Notes: generated by a model from the sequence alone, not told the origin. 37,144 nucleotides of DNA from Bipalium vagum (GCA_037834085.1 JBBMKC010151467.1:1-37144), one strand, 5' to 3'. Positions 25,301-37,070 are shown, numbered from the stretch's first letter. A program made the numbers and translations.

Positions 25301-28300
25301 TCTTGACAAAAAATCCAAAGCTCTTGAATGGATCAGGTGACATAAACACTTTCAAATTTGTAAAAATTTGTTGAATAATGAATTAGACAACTGGTTTTTC
25401 CCAAGAATTATCACTATAAATGAAAAGTGGATTTTTACGAATAATCATCAGAAAACTGACAATGGTTATCAAAAGGTGAACCACCTAATGGCAGGTATAA
25501 AGCGGATAGATTTGAAAAGAAATTCATGCTTTCCGTTTTCTGGAACTTCAACGGACAGTTATTCTTTGAAATTCGTCCGGATAGTCAAATCATTATTAGT
25601 TAAGATTCTATTCTGCACAACTGAATCGACTTCACCAGATGCTCACCAAAAAATATCTTGCTTTACTCAATCGGAAAAGAGTTCTATTACAATCGAACAA
25701 TACAAAACCTCATACCTCAAAACATCAATGGACACTACAAAATTTTGATGGAATTGAATTGTTACCGCATTTTCGGAACTCGCCAGATGTTGCAGCTTCA
25801 TACTTCCATTTTTCTTCACATTTCTTACGCGGTGAGCCCTTTGAAAACATGGAAGACATGGCAAAAAGTCCGTCAGAGTTTTATGACTCTAAATCTCCGG
25901 AATGATATGAAAATGGGATTCGCAAAATTGCAGAACGTTGAGTCCTTGTGTGTGAGAACGCTGGATTGTATTTTAATTCGTAATTTTATATAAAATAAAA
26001 ATTTTATATGAAGTTTGTTGAATTAAAACGGTCACTTTTTATGGGACACCATAATAATTAACAAAATTAGAAAAATTATTCTAAACAATGAAATATCGCA
26101 TTCAATAATAAATCATTGAAGACATTTTATCAATATTAATGGCGAAAAGTTATTCATTTTCAATATATGTGGTGCTTATTGCAATGTAATATTCATTTTT
26201 AGTAATCATTTTAATTCATATAATACATATATAATTAATAATATATACGTAATACTGTATACAGTATTTTGCGAATTAATGTGAACAAAATAATTTTAAC
26301 ACTTAAGTATTTTTGCAGTTGTCAAAAGTAGCGTCCATTTTGTTTTGCTGTTCTGATATTTAGTGATTAACAACCTTTTGCAAGTTATAGACTTGTTTAG
26401 GTAATTTTTTAAAGAATTATTTATTAAGAATTACTACCTATCTCAAATTATAGTACACATTTGTACAAAAGCTTTCCGATTATGGACCCATGTGTAAAAT
26501 TTTAGGCTTTTTATATTGTATGGTTAATAAAACCAGGTACTAATGCTGATTAATATTGACATTGAAAATAATTTTCAATCGATTTTATGTAATTTTTAGT
26601 TTAGTTAAAAATTTACAAAAATTACTTGATATCCGTTGTAAACTAAATAAACTAAGCTTTGGATTCTGGAAATATCAACATTGAACGAAGACTATCCAAC
26701 TGTTGAGCAACGTAATGGAATTTTTCAACTTCTGCTACAGCGAGTAAAAAACGGGAAAATGTTGAGGAATGGTGCAATTAAGGAAGTAGCCATTAAATTT
26801 GCTGTTTCTCGCTTAACTATATCTAAAATTTGGCAGATGGTAAAATATGTGCCGATGTTCCGTCAAATAAACAAAAATGCGGTCGAAAGACCAAAGAATT
26901 ATTCCGGGAATTTCTATGAAATGAAAGATATTCCTCTTAATCGTAAGGGTACAATTCGAAGTTTGTCGTTTCAAAATCAACAGTCTTCCGAAGATTTAAA
27001 AATGGTACACATTTCAAACGAATTTCCTCAACTGTAAAGCTATTACTGTCGGATATTAATAAACAGGCTCGCTTTCATTTTGGTTTGTCTAAATTTAAGA
27101 TGGGTGTTAATTTTGAATATTTATTCAACTATATTCATATAGATTAAAAATGGTTCTACTTAACCAAAGAAAAAAGTTATTACATTAGGCTAGAAGAAGC
27201 GTCGCCTGAGCGAACGTGCCAAAGTAAACTTTTGATCACGAAAGTCATTGTTTCTGGCTGCAGTAGCCAGGCCCCGTTATGATCATGCTAAAAAACAATA
27301 CTTCGATAGTAAAATAGGAATATGGCCATTTGTTTATAAACAACCAGCTCAACGGAAGAGCAAAAATAGAACAAAATAACGTGTATTACAAAAATTATTT
27401 AATCCATAAATGCCGCAGAATACAAAAAATGATGATAGAACATGTTTTGCCAGCTATTAGAACTAAATTACCATTAGAGAATAAATGCAAACCCATGTTT
27501 GTGAAGCAAGATAATGCCAAACCCCATTCCGGCGAAAATGATCCAATATTGTTGGCCGAAAAATCAAAAGATGGACGGTGTATTAAATTTAAATCACAGA
27601 CCAAATGGTCCGGATCTTAATGTTTTTGGTTTATTCAACTCAATATAATTACTAAAACATCAAATTTATCCAAAAATGTTGACGAATTAATTTAATATGT
27701 TCAGAATGTATTCAATCAATTGAACAAAGAGAATTTTGAGAATGTGTTTTTAACTTTATAAGCATGTTTGGAATCAACCATGATCGCAAAGCGTGGTAAT
27801 AGTTATAAAATTAAGAATATGAATAAAAACCAACTTCACCAAGATGGTCGTTTTCCAATATCTATTCTTTGCAGTTCATAAGTAGTGAATATAGGACGAC
27901 ACAATATTATGAGTACTGAATAACTCAGAGATCCATAATTTGTTAATATTTTACACTTGCTATATTAATTTTGAATTGTAATACATGTAAAAAATATACT
28001 TTATCAAAAATTAGTATTTTGCATACTGTAATTTGGGAGAGAGTAGTATTACTTAAGTTTTTTATCAAGACTAATTCTAATTCTTGATTTCTTTTTATTT
28101 TAGAAGATGGATATTTCTCCCGGAAAATGTAAAAGTACTGTTACTTTAGAATGTGATGTATGTTTAGGAACTGTAAGCAAGATTTTAAAACAAAAGGGGA
28201 AACTGGAACGATTGAGTAGAATAGAAAAATGGAAACATAGAAGGAAAAATAAGGCCATAAGAAGAGACGAGGATTTTTTTTTAAAAATTCAAGTTAATTA

Positions 28301-30394
28301 AAAAACAGGAAATTAAAACAAGAACTTTAGTAAGATTTAGAACACATTGGAATTATTGTTCACGATTCCACCTTACGAAAAAGACTTCGAAGGTGGAAGA
28401 GAAACAATTACTAACCACTGTCATGATGAAAAATATATATATTTTGATCAAAAAATAAATGAGTTAGACTTTTGTAGATTGAAGAAACATCTTGTTCTCT
28501 AATGAAAGCAATTTTTAGATACAAAAGATAGGGATCTCTTTTTTTTAAAGAAGTGACAACAAAAAACTTACGACAGCGCATATTGATCAAACAGTTAAAC
28601 AGCCATTAAAGAAGATGCTTTGGGACTGCTTTTATTATAAAGTTACTTGATCTTGTACTGATATTTAAAATGTAATAAGATTTGCTGGAAAAAAGACTGA
28701 AAGCTGAACTAAGAAAAGTGGTTGCCAATGGTCAAGCATTTTTACAGCACGTCTCAAAGGAAGATAATGAAGAATTTGAAATTGTAAAAAACTTCTTGAC
28801 TCTATGCCAAAACGTCTTGAAGAAGTTACAAATGCCAAGGGAGGACATATTTCCTGTTAAACTTGAATTTAAAGACTTTTCTTCTCTGTTTGTAACCCAA
28901 AAAAAGATATTATTGACTTGTGTTCACATTAATTCGCTATACATATATGCAATATATATACTATACTAGTAATACATATATAATAATAATTTTTAAAATA
29001 AAATAACATTGGTAATGTACATGGTTTCAATATAATTTTTAATGCGTATTTTTTCTATTAAAAACGTAACCCAAAAATAAAATTTTTTTAAATAGATATT
29101 GATAACTTAATTATAAAATAATTTTCGTTTCTTTTTGGACATTTTGAAAATGACAGAAATGTTCATAATGATATTATTTATTCAATAAAATAATAAAAAA
29201 TTCAACAAAATCAATAACAGATCAATTGGTCTCATCGAATTCAAAAAGTTGATTATTTTTTAATTCAATTTCTTTTCGATTTAAAATAAAAATTTATTTC
29301 TATAATAAAAAACGAAAAGGTTAAATTGTTTTAATGATCCTCCAAAAATTAATTATTTTATATAATATTAAATATTAAATTTATTATTTTATATATATAA
29401 TATTATATTAACTATTCTATATTATACTAAATATTAAATTAAACATTTTATATTAAATATTAAATTAAATATTTTATATTATATTAACCAGGCTGTTAAA
29501 ATAAGATGAGAATATCCATTTTTAAAACCACTCTAAAATGTTCATAGACAGAAAACCATTCATTCTTAACTTAAATCAGTTAAAAATTAAAAAATTATTA
29601 TTAATTAAAACTGTTGATAATGTTAAACAAAAGAAGTATTAAAAAAAAATTTTCAAATCTACTCTGAAAATTTGAGGGAAACAATCTGATCAGATAGGAA
29701 ATTTTACTCATTATTGTTTTGGCAACGATATCACAGTTCAAAATTCCCTCACAATATAATATAATATTTGATTAATTTTTCATTTCATACTAAAATCAAT
29801 ATGTATTATCATTCAGTGTTTGTTTGAATTAAAAACTGTTCATAAATTATTGATAGATTTTTAATTTTAATTCAAACAAAGAAATCTGAAAAAAACACAT
29901 CTTAAACTTTGAACAACAATGGAAAAACTTTTGTTTTAATAAAGAGCATTAAAAAAGAAATACGAGTTTCTTTATAAAAAAAACAATAAATAAATAAAAT
30001 AATAAATAATAAATATATAATGGAAAATATTTCACTTTTAATATGTTATCGTGAATAATTAATTAGGAGATTTTATTAGGCAATTTAAACTCTCTGTAGC
30101 AGAAATCAATCTCTTTTCGTTAATTGTATAAAACTGGATTTTATATCATCACAAATGGAAAAGTATCATTTTTGACAGATCTAAAGCGATCGAAAATTTC
30201 ACTTTGAACATGTAAATAATAGTCTATAATATAGTCTAATAGTCTAATAAAAAAAGATTACTTCACTACAATGCACTTTGAGGAAATGACTGACTTCTCC
30301 ATCAGAATTGACTGGTTCAAAGGTAGAGGGTAAAATGAGATCGTAACAATACATTACTTCAGGATTCATTCCCCGATTATCTTCGAAAAACGAA
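13280..30394 (-). CDS. Nudix hydrolase of the YJR142W/AtNUDT20 (thiamin pyrophosphokinase-related, DUF4743) family, 5'-partial: complement(join(13280-13335,16227-16323,30262-30394))
   Basis: Spliced product: SFFEDNRGMNPEVMYCYDLILPSTFEPVNSDGEVSHFLKVHCSE|LKRLAADERFKPTSALVLIDFLIRHGLITPDE|DPHYTAYGYWMHSKLPFD*. It matches family motifs PE..YDL.LP..F.P.N.DGEV and FKP..ALV..DFLIRHG. Introns are GT-AG with compatible phases (0, 1). Confidence 0.88.
14039..14085. repeat. (TAA)n/(TTA)n microsatellite junction
   Basis: A TAA run switches to a TTA run, making the stretch self-complementary. Confidence 0.8.
15068..15203. repeat. Long near-perfect palindrome (foldback / MITE-like)
   Basis: Arms 15068-15125 and 15146-15203 are reverse complements with 3 mismatches in ~58 bp. 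Confidence 0.9.
15554..15598 (-). ncRNA. Minimal type I hammerhead ribozyme motif (Penelope type)
   Basis: Minus strand reads AUUGA-CUGAAGA-A-GAU(cugaaagaagaa)AUC-GAAA-CAUG-UU-UCAA. It has the intact CUGANGA/GAAA core, stem I UUGA/UCAA, stem II GAU/AUC, a palindromic stem III and a GUU cleavage triplet. Confidence 0.7.
15581..15633. repeat. Perfect 18-bp inverted repeat with 17-nt spacer overlapping the hammerhead core
   Basis: AGATCTTCTTCAGTCAAT (15581-15598) and ATTGACTGAAGAAGATCT (15616-15633). Confidence 0.95.
15645..16015 (-). mobile_element. Tc1-family transposase C-terminal fragment (frameshifted)
   Basis: Minus-strand FQHDGGPCHQA, PWPGNSPDLSLIENCW and SMPNRLAAV. Confidence 0.85.
16227..16323 (-). 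CDS. Nudix hydrolase exon (FKP..DFLIRHG)
   Basis: attcag| acceptor, |gtaagt donor; 97 nt; not in the ORF track. Confidence 0.9.
20961..21545 (-). mobile_element. Degenerate mariner (Hsmar1/cecropia-like), 3' half with TIR
   Basis: TIR TA-TTAGGTTGCTTAAAATAATGTCGGTTTT. Motifs I.YDN, KVMVTGWW, HPPYPPELSLTDYH and WSKCIESNDSYF. Confidence 0.85.
22860..23590 (+). mobile_element. Degenerate Penelope-like 3' end: GIY-YIG remnant plus decayed hammerhead
   Basis: KEVIYPC (~23038) and ETSRK.L (~23078) resemble VVY.I.C..C...YIGET.R.L. Followed by CTGACGA-C-GAT..ATC-AAATATA at 23548-23576. Confidence 0.5.
24060..24866 (-). mobile_element. Degenerate, internally deleted mariner
   Basis: Minus-strand NFRL*DEESRGRP (N-terminal) and IGYETLDYALYQPDL (HPPYSPDL equivalent). 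Boundaries are approximate. Confidence 0.65.
24869..26054 (+). mobile_element. Near full-length mariner (DD34D type), pseudogenised
   Basis: TIRs TGGTGTCCCATAAAA(AG)TGACC at both ends, flanked by TA; 1186 bp. Motifs GSGRP, IITINEKWIF, LLQSNNTKPH and PHFRNSPDVAASYFHF. Catalytic Asp residues are mutated and there are frameshifts. Confidence 0.92.
26262..28946 (+). mobile_element. Tc1-like element interrupted by a nested DD39D element
   Basis: 17-bp inverted match GCGAATTAATGTGAACA (26271-26287 / 28921-28937). Transposase remnant from ATG 28107: MDISP.K, LFSNESNF, QTVKQPLKKMLWDCF, FLQH. Confidence 0.8.
26434..28046 (+). mobile_element. Plant-type mariner-like element (DD39D/Guest clade), near full-length, pseudogenised
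   Basis: TIRs CTACCTATCTCAAATTATAGTA and (reverse complement) CTACTCTCTCCCAAATTACAGTA, with TA TSD; 1613 bp. Motifs IHID*KWFYLTK, FLAAVARPRYD, FDSKIGIWPFV, PAQRKSKNR, VLPAIRTK, KQDNAKPH and PNGPDLNV. Confidence 0.88.
30262..30394 (-). CDS. Nudix hydrolase exon (YDL..P..DGEV)
   Basis: ttaacag| acceptor, |gtaatc donor; lies within ORF 30244-30453. Confidence 0.88.
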
Positions 30395-31060
30395 CTGTTA
30401 AATAAAAAATAAACCATAAATATCTGATTTAGATGTTGGATCTTCAAATACATTAGGAGCCATGTACCTTTTACGCATCATCTGAAATGAGAATTTACTT
30501 CATCCAACATGTTTAATGGAAATCGATGAAAGAGTTTTTCTCGTTAATTTATCATTTGCTTATTTTTATTTTAATTATCAATGAGAACGTTAAAACTAAT
30601 GATGCGTTTAGATAGAGAAAAATCCGTCCCGGAATTCTTTCATTTTCTTTTGTTTATTATAATTCCGAAAACTTATTTTTTCCAGTTGGCAAAGTTTTCA
30701 ATTGGCAGAAGCTGTAATTATCGATAAATTTGTTTTAATTGAAAACCATAAATTTATTTTATTATTTTAAAATATGTTGGATAAAAAAATTTAATAATTT
30801 ATTAAAGACATCTTAAAATCTACGGACTTTAACTTTCTATTTGTAATTCCATATTTTTCGCGGAAAGAACATTAAAAAAATTTTATAAAAAAAACAATTC
30901 AGCAATTCAACCGATAATAATAATAATAATGTGATTATAATATTATTGAAATAATTATTCTACGTTTTACAAAGGTTATTGTTATGAAAAACTATTGTAA
31001 AAAGTACTTTAGTTGTCTATATTAATAATAAATAATAACATATTATACTTACATTATATA

Positions 31061-31498
31061 TTGACTTGTCCGGAAAGTTCGTTCCGAATTTTAATTAGAA
31101 ATTAAAAAGTAAGACAATGCAATTTTAAATACATTTATTAAAATAAGTATGTTTTTTTATTCCCTTAAGTCAATTTTGCAAGTGTTTGGAACTGAGTTTG
31201 GAAATTCTACCCCATTCGCCATATTCACCAGACCTTCCGCACCCACCGATTTCCATTTATTCAGGTCATTGCAAAAAAACTTTATCTCCTTGGACGATAT
31301 CAAAAGTCACTTGGATAATTTTCTCGATGAAAAATCTAAAAAATTCTGGATGGATGGAATATTCAACTTGCCTGATAGATGGAAAAAGGTTGTGGAACAA
31401 AATGGAACATACGTATTTTAATAAATGTATTTAAAATTGCATTGTCTTACTTTTTAATTTCTAATAAAAATTCTGAACGAACTTTCCGGACAACCCAA
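31061..31498 (+). mobile_element. Mariner-derived MITE (mellifera-like TIR) with 93-bp inverted ends
   Basis: Arms 31061-31153 and 31406-31498 have 5 mismatches, with TA TSD. The interior is the transposase C-terminus: PHSPYSPDL, PTDFHLFRSLQ, LPDRWKKVVEQNGTY. Confidence 0.93.
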
Positions 31499-32101
31499 TA
31501 TAATTAAGCAATAATATTTACAATTTAATTATAAAATTTTAATGTTTATAATAAGAAAAACATAACAGTGGATAGATAAGATATTATGAAAATGATTGTC
31601 GTAATTTTACTTACACCTTAACAGTTTTATTGTCATAAAATATGACATAATAGAAACATAAGAATAATATTAATTTCACACAAGGAAAAAGAAATAACAG
31701 TAATTAATCAGTTTCATTATGATTTCGTAAAAAAATTGAACAAAATCTTTTAAGGACATCAAGGAGATAATTTTTTAAATTTCTAATTAAAGGAATTTTT
31801 CGAAAAAAAACTTGTAATCAAAAGAACAGAAAATACCAAAGATATATTAAATATCGGTCAAATAAGAAATGGGAAAAGCTGTTAATAATTTTAAAAATTG
31901 GTTTCCCTTTCACTTGCATTTAATAATTACGTATTCCTGCTTTGAAAAATTTAATTATAAAATTGAAAGCTGTTTTCAATGATTTTCATAATTTTTAGGA
32001 AATCTCACTGATAATAAGCAAATAAACAATGTAAAGATTTATATGATAAGATCTACATGGATAGGACATAAGTATTTGTAGAAATGGTAAATTAGTGATA
32101 A

Positions 32102-32171
32102 AACAGTGACTGGTAACAGTTATTTTGACTAATTTTTAACAGTGACTAGTAAAAATTATTTTGACTGATTT
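32102..32171. repeat. Tandem duplication of a 36-bp unit
   Basis: AACAGTGACTGGTAACAGTTATTTTGACTAATTTTT followed by AACAGTGACTAGTAAAAATTATTTTGACTGATTT. Confidence 0.8.
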
Positions 32172-32574
32172 ATAAAAAGCACTTAAATAGAAAAATGAAT
32201 TTGTTTAGTGTTGGATAAATTAAATTATTCTTTCATTTTCCCATAAAATAGAATTGTTCGATTATTATTTTAATTTGATAAACAATTATTGACAAAAAAC
32301 GATTTGTTTAAATCAATCAAAATAATTCCACTTGAGGCACATAACTCCTAATTCAAAAATTGTCTAAATTCAACAAAATATTGAAAACTCATAATAATAA
32401 CAATAATGTTCAAATTGATTATTATTAAAATTGATAGAAATGGATCCACTAAAATAAACTAAATCAACACAATAAAGTCTGTGACACAAAATTGATTATC
32501 GTTATCAAATGTTTTTTCTAGATGCTGTATAAACAAATTTGAAAATGATTATAAAAATATACGATGTTTAATGA

Positions 32575-32850
32575 ATCTCCGATCTGGTCCAGCATAAAAC
32601 CGATCTCTGATAATGGAAGTAGTTTAATATCATCAATGAACTTTTACAAGATGAGAAATTCTATCGTTTCAAAGTACAACCAAGAATAAATTTCAATGTC
32701 AGCTGGTCTCTCTCAAGTCACAAGATAATATTAATTTTGGAATAGATGCCCAACAATTACGACAGAGACATTTATTATACATTTCCCTTAGGAAATATTG
32801 AATTTGGAAGCCATCCGGGTAAAGCCAACTGCATGATCAGTAAGAAGATA
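32575..32850 (+). mobile_element. Possible LTR-retrotransposon integrase remnant
   Basis: A single motif, ISDNGSSL (~32603), in a locally GC-richer patch. Confidence 0.25.
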
Positions 32851-32943
32851 ATAAAGAAAAAGAAATTGTAGCTTTACTGCCATAGTCATTGTGGCTACAT
32901 ATCACGGATAAGGGAAAAAGAAATTTTTTATAACAGTATCATA

Positions 32944-33826
32944 ACACCATATAAGTAAAAAATGGGACTTTTTATAAAGTTTAATAAATAATAAATGGAT
33001 CAAGATATTAGAAAATGGTAAAAAGATTTGAAGTCATCATAAAATCATTTATTGTTTCCATTGTTTTGTTGACCCCAAACTTGGCTTTGGGGAACCTCTG
33101 ACTTGTATATTCTTCATATCCATTTTTTAAACAATAATATATTCTTTGTTTAAATTTCTGAGAATTTTGGACTCTCCAATTCGTATTATATACAGCTTGC
33201 TTCAAATTTGCCAAAAAATCTTCAATTGGCCGCACTTCAGGGTAACTCAAAATAAGACCCATCATCTAAAATAAATTTTTTGTAGGTATTGTAAAATTTT
33301 CGGCATTTAGGCCTCATTTGTTTCAGCTGTAACGGTGATAATTTCGGTTTTGCACTTTTCTTAAAACACAGGATCTCAGTATTTTTCTTCATTATCATAT
33401 AAAAGTACGACTCGGAACATTTCATAGTCTTAGCAACCGATTTGTGACCAATTTCACCGGTATTGTTCAATTTTTTTTCCTAATAATTTCAGATTCGATT
33501 TCTACGCAATTTTTGGTTGACGACCACTCACTTTTTTCTTTCGCTGTTATCACCGTTTTCAGCACATGATAATAGCCGGTAAACAGTTGATTTGGGTATG
33601 CTTTTATCAATGAAATTCCTAGCAATAAAGTTTTCCCTAAATGTATGTTTTCATTCTTGAGTCATTCGTAAAAATGTAAATAATTTAATAATACTGATAC
33701 GTTTATCTTATTTTTATAAAAAATTTTTAAAGAGTTTGATTTGCTTAATAAATTAAAATAAATCAATTAAACAATTTTTATATTAATTTTAAGTTTTTAA
33801 AAAGTCCCATTTTTATTTAAGGGTGT
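32944..33826 (-). mobile_element. Internally deleted ITmD37E-like Tc1/mariner element
   Basis: TIRs ACACCATATAAGTAAAAAATGGGACTTTTT and (reverse complement) ACACCCTTAAATAAAAATGGGACTTTTT, TA-flanked. Motifs SGRQPK, FILDDGSYF and PEVRPIEDFLANLKQAVY..NW. The region between the first D and the E is deleted. Confidence 0.82.
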
Positions 33827-34913
33827 TAAGTGGCCTTTAAAGAAAAATAATTGCCAATTTTAGGGAAAAGAAACAAGTTTTTCAAAAAATTTGAGAAGTG
33901 TTCTGCTGTTTTAGAAACTTTGTGATATTAAATAATAAGTATTTCTAAAATGCTTTATTGTCTTTATTATTATTATCGCGACATTCCTTTCTGAGGACAA
34001 TATTAAAAATATTTGACAGAATGAGAAATGATTTATTCAAAATGATAATTTTAAAATAATTCTTTACAGTTTTACTTTGATAATTTTGATAGTCAATTTT
34101 CTAATATTATTTTTCTTTTAAAAGAAAATTTTCAAAATTTATTCAGGTGAAAAATTATTTATTTCATAAAACTTTTAAATAATCTTTTATTTTTTAAAAA
34201 ATTATTGTAAACTTAAAGATATTTTTTGATTTTTGTCAGCAAACAAAGCCCTGGATCATAGAAAATTGTCTCTGTGAAATTTCTGAGCTCAACGAGGCAT
34301 AATTTACCGTAATTAAATTAAATAAAAATTAATGTCACTAAAATAAAGATTTTATTTAATATCAAAAAATTAGTTATAGACATTTTTTCATTGGCAAAAA
34401 TTGATGCTTAAATATTTTATAAATTATTAAAAATATAATTAAAAGAGTAAAATAAAATAAAATTAATTTATCAATTCTAAAAATATTTTTCATTATTATT
34501 GATATAAAATGTTCAGTTTTTTTGATTTTCAATAAATTTATATTGAAAATATAAGACATGTACTAGATTTATTGCTTGACATTAATCTTTAATAAATGAA
34601 TATTTTACGATTATACTTATGAATTCACTTATCACACAAAAGACGAACCGATCAATATGTGATATGCTAAATCAAGCGTAAAACGTTTATATGATATAAC
34701 TGTTCGTATAGATGAAATTAAATTTAATAAAAAATTTAACTGGGCCTATTTGTTAATTTGTTTTCACTATTATACATTGTTTTTATTATTAATAATATTA
34801 TTCTTAATATATGTTTTAATACAGTATTTTAATATTTATAAAAATATATTTTCCATGTCACCAAAATGAAAAATTGCTAAAAAAAATTCAATCAAATCAA
34901 TTAATTTTTATTA

Positions 34914-35553
34914 CAGGGTGTGTATAAAGTAAATATCACATTTACTTAATATAAAATTGTAAATTTTTGACAAAATGAAATACATTAAAAATTTTTTTTC
35001 AACAGAACATTAATACAATGTTAATACATTAATACAATAAAAAGAAGCCATAGGTGTTTAAACACATTCGTGATGATAATGTGTAAAAATGCTAACTTCT
35101 TTTTTTTATAATTTCTCAGATCATTTATCTACTTTTGTTTTCTTGTATAAACAATTGTCTTCAGATATCCCGAAAGAAAAAAACTATTTGGAAGAAATCT
35201 TGTGATCTCGAAGACTAATGGAATGATCCTGTTCTCCAAATTCGCTTTTCGTGAAATACAAGCTATAAGCAGGATCTTCATTCTGTTGAAAATTTAATTT
35301 TGATCTTGTTTTCCGACTACTGTTTTGAAACAACATCCAATTTCTTTAGCAGTATTTCGTACAGGACGCTCTTCACAAACCTGAGAACTTTTTTAAATGT
35401 TTCTGTTTCTAAATCTGATTATATTAACTTATGAAAACAATTAAACGCTTCCATATATTTCCAGAAATTCTATTTATATAAAATAAAATTGGCTACACTA
35501 AAAAAATATTTTTTGTTATCTTAAAATCTGATAACTACTTATTACCAACCCTG
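34914..35553 (-). mobile_element. Deleted CAGGGT-ended Tc1/mariner element (maT/DD37D or rosa-like)
   Basis: TA-CAGGGTGTGTATAAAGTAAATATC at one end, GATAACTACTTATTACCAACCCTG-TA at the other. Minus-strand FQQNEDPAY resembles FQQDGAPAH. Confidence 0.65.
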
Positions 35554-37029
35554 TATACTTAAATGTACAAAAAACGTTTTAAATCCAAATCAAACTTCAT
35601 TTGAGACAATATCTATTGGTTTCATAAATTATATATTATTATATTAATAAATTTTGTTTTCATTAGAAAAAGTAGACATCCGAGTTCCACGATCTAATGA
35701 GCAAGAAATCAAATAAATAATAAAAATCAGTGGCTTTTAGAAAGTCATAAAAGAATGATTTACGCACACAGCTGATTTTGAAAATAATAAGGAACAAATA
35801 ATATTTCATTTCTAATTGTTTTACAACATTGCTCCTACTGGCATAATGGTAGAAAGAAAAGTATCCAATGTGTACCCCATCGATTTAGACAAATGCAAAT
35901 CGTTCGGATAGAAAAATAAGTACTTTATATGGTCCAATAACACAAGATATTTGTAAGATAGAATATCTGAGAGATTGTTTCTGCTGCAAATGATATTAGG
36001 TCTTTGCAAGACCACAAATATAGAGTCTTACTAGACAATCCAAACGAAAACAGACAGGATAATGGGCCATGGAAAAGGTATGATAATTACGAACCAGTGA
36101 TGATTTAGGGTTTTATAATACTTAAAAATTCTAAGATACATCTAAAAAATAATTTATTATTTCTATCGAACATTCGGGAAAGTGAATAGACATTTCCGTA
36201 AATTATTAATCATTGATAAAATTTACAAATTGGAATACAGATTTTTGTATATTTTAGTGAATAAAGTTGTATTTTTAAAGTCTGATATTATATATCCGTC
36301 AAAATAGTTTACAATCAAACCCTTATAGTCCACCAGGAAAACAACTGGTTGGAAAATATTAAAGGGACTCAGAAAAATACCAATTGAAGAAATAATTAAT
36401 AAAATACAATAGAAAAAGCTAATTATTAATCAAATTACAAAAAAAACCTTCAGACAACGTCTCGAATACAATCCGAGTTCAATTATCAAACATTAGGGAT
36501 GATTGTTTCCAAGTCATACAAAAGAAGGCCTCTTCATTCGTGAGATATGTGAGCTGAGAAATCGATGCTTAGTAGGATTTCACGTACACTTTATAAATAG
36601 TTTTTACTATAAATTTTGTCACAGATTCCACCATGAAAAATCTCATAAAACGAAAGATCGGACAAATTTTACGAAAGAATATAAATAACCGAATTACAAC
36701 GACACAGACTGTTAATGTAACAAAATGAAACGAAAGAAATCACTGTCTACTTGTATTTAATGCTAGAAGAATCCTAAATTTGAAAAATTACGAATTGATA
36801 ACAATTGCCTGAGATTTTGTGATGAATGAAAAAAGATATTAGAAACACGAGCTTCATATTAGTGTTTTCAATTTATCTTTGACAATTTTGAGAGTCAGAA
36901 AGTCATCCAAAGTTTCATTAACTAATTCTTTACTAAAAGAACAAACATTTTACAAAATTAATGAAAATGATGCAACTGTAACACTTGGTTGATTTTAATA
37001 AACTTTCTTGATACTTGGATTTATGTTTT

Positions 37030-37070
37030 CACACACACAAACATATATATATATATATATATAATATAAT
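37030..37070. repeat. (CA)n(TA)n microsatellite
   Basis: Read directly from the sequence. Confidence 0.85.

Noticed and set aside
30468-30481. 14-nt minus-strand microexon (ttcag|ATGATGCGTAAAAG|gtacat) upstream of the Nudix exon
   Set aside because: Phase-compatible, but MMRKS does not resemble the expected G.VS family sequence; unsupported without RNA data.
32102-32171. CRISPR-like 36-bp repeats
   Set aside because: Two adjacent copies without spacers in a eukaryotic context; a simple tandem duplication.
35820-36960. Possible integrase (MVER, YGP) or GIY-YIG remnants
   Set aside because: Motifs are too short and scattered to assign.
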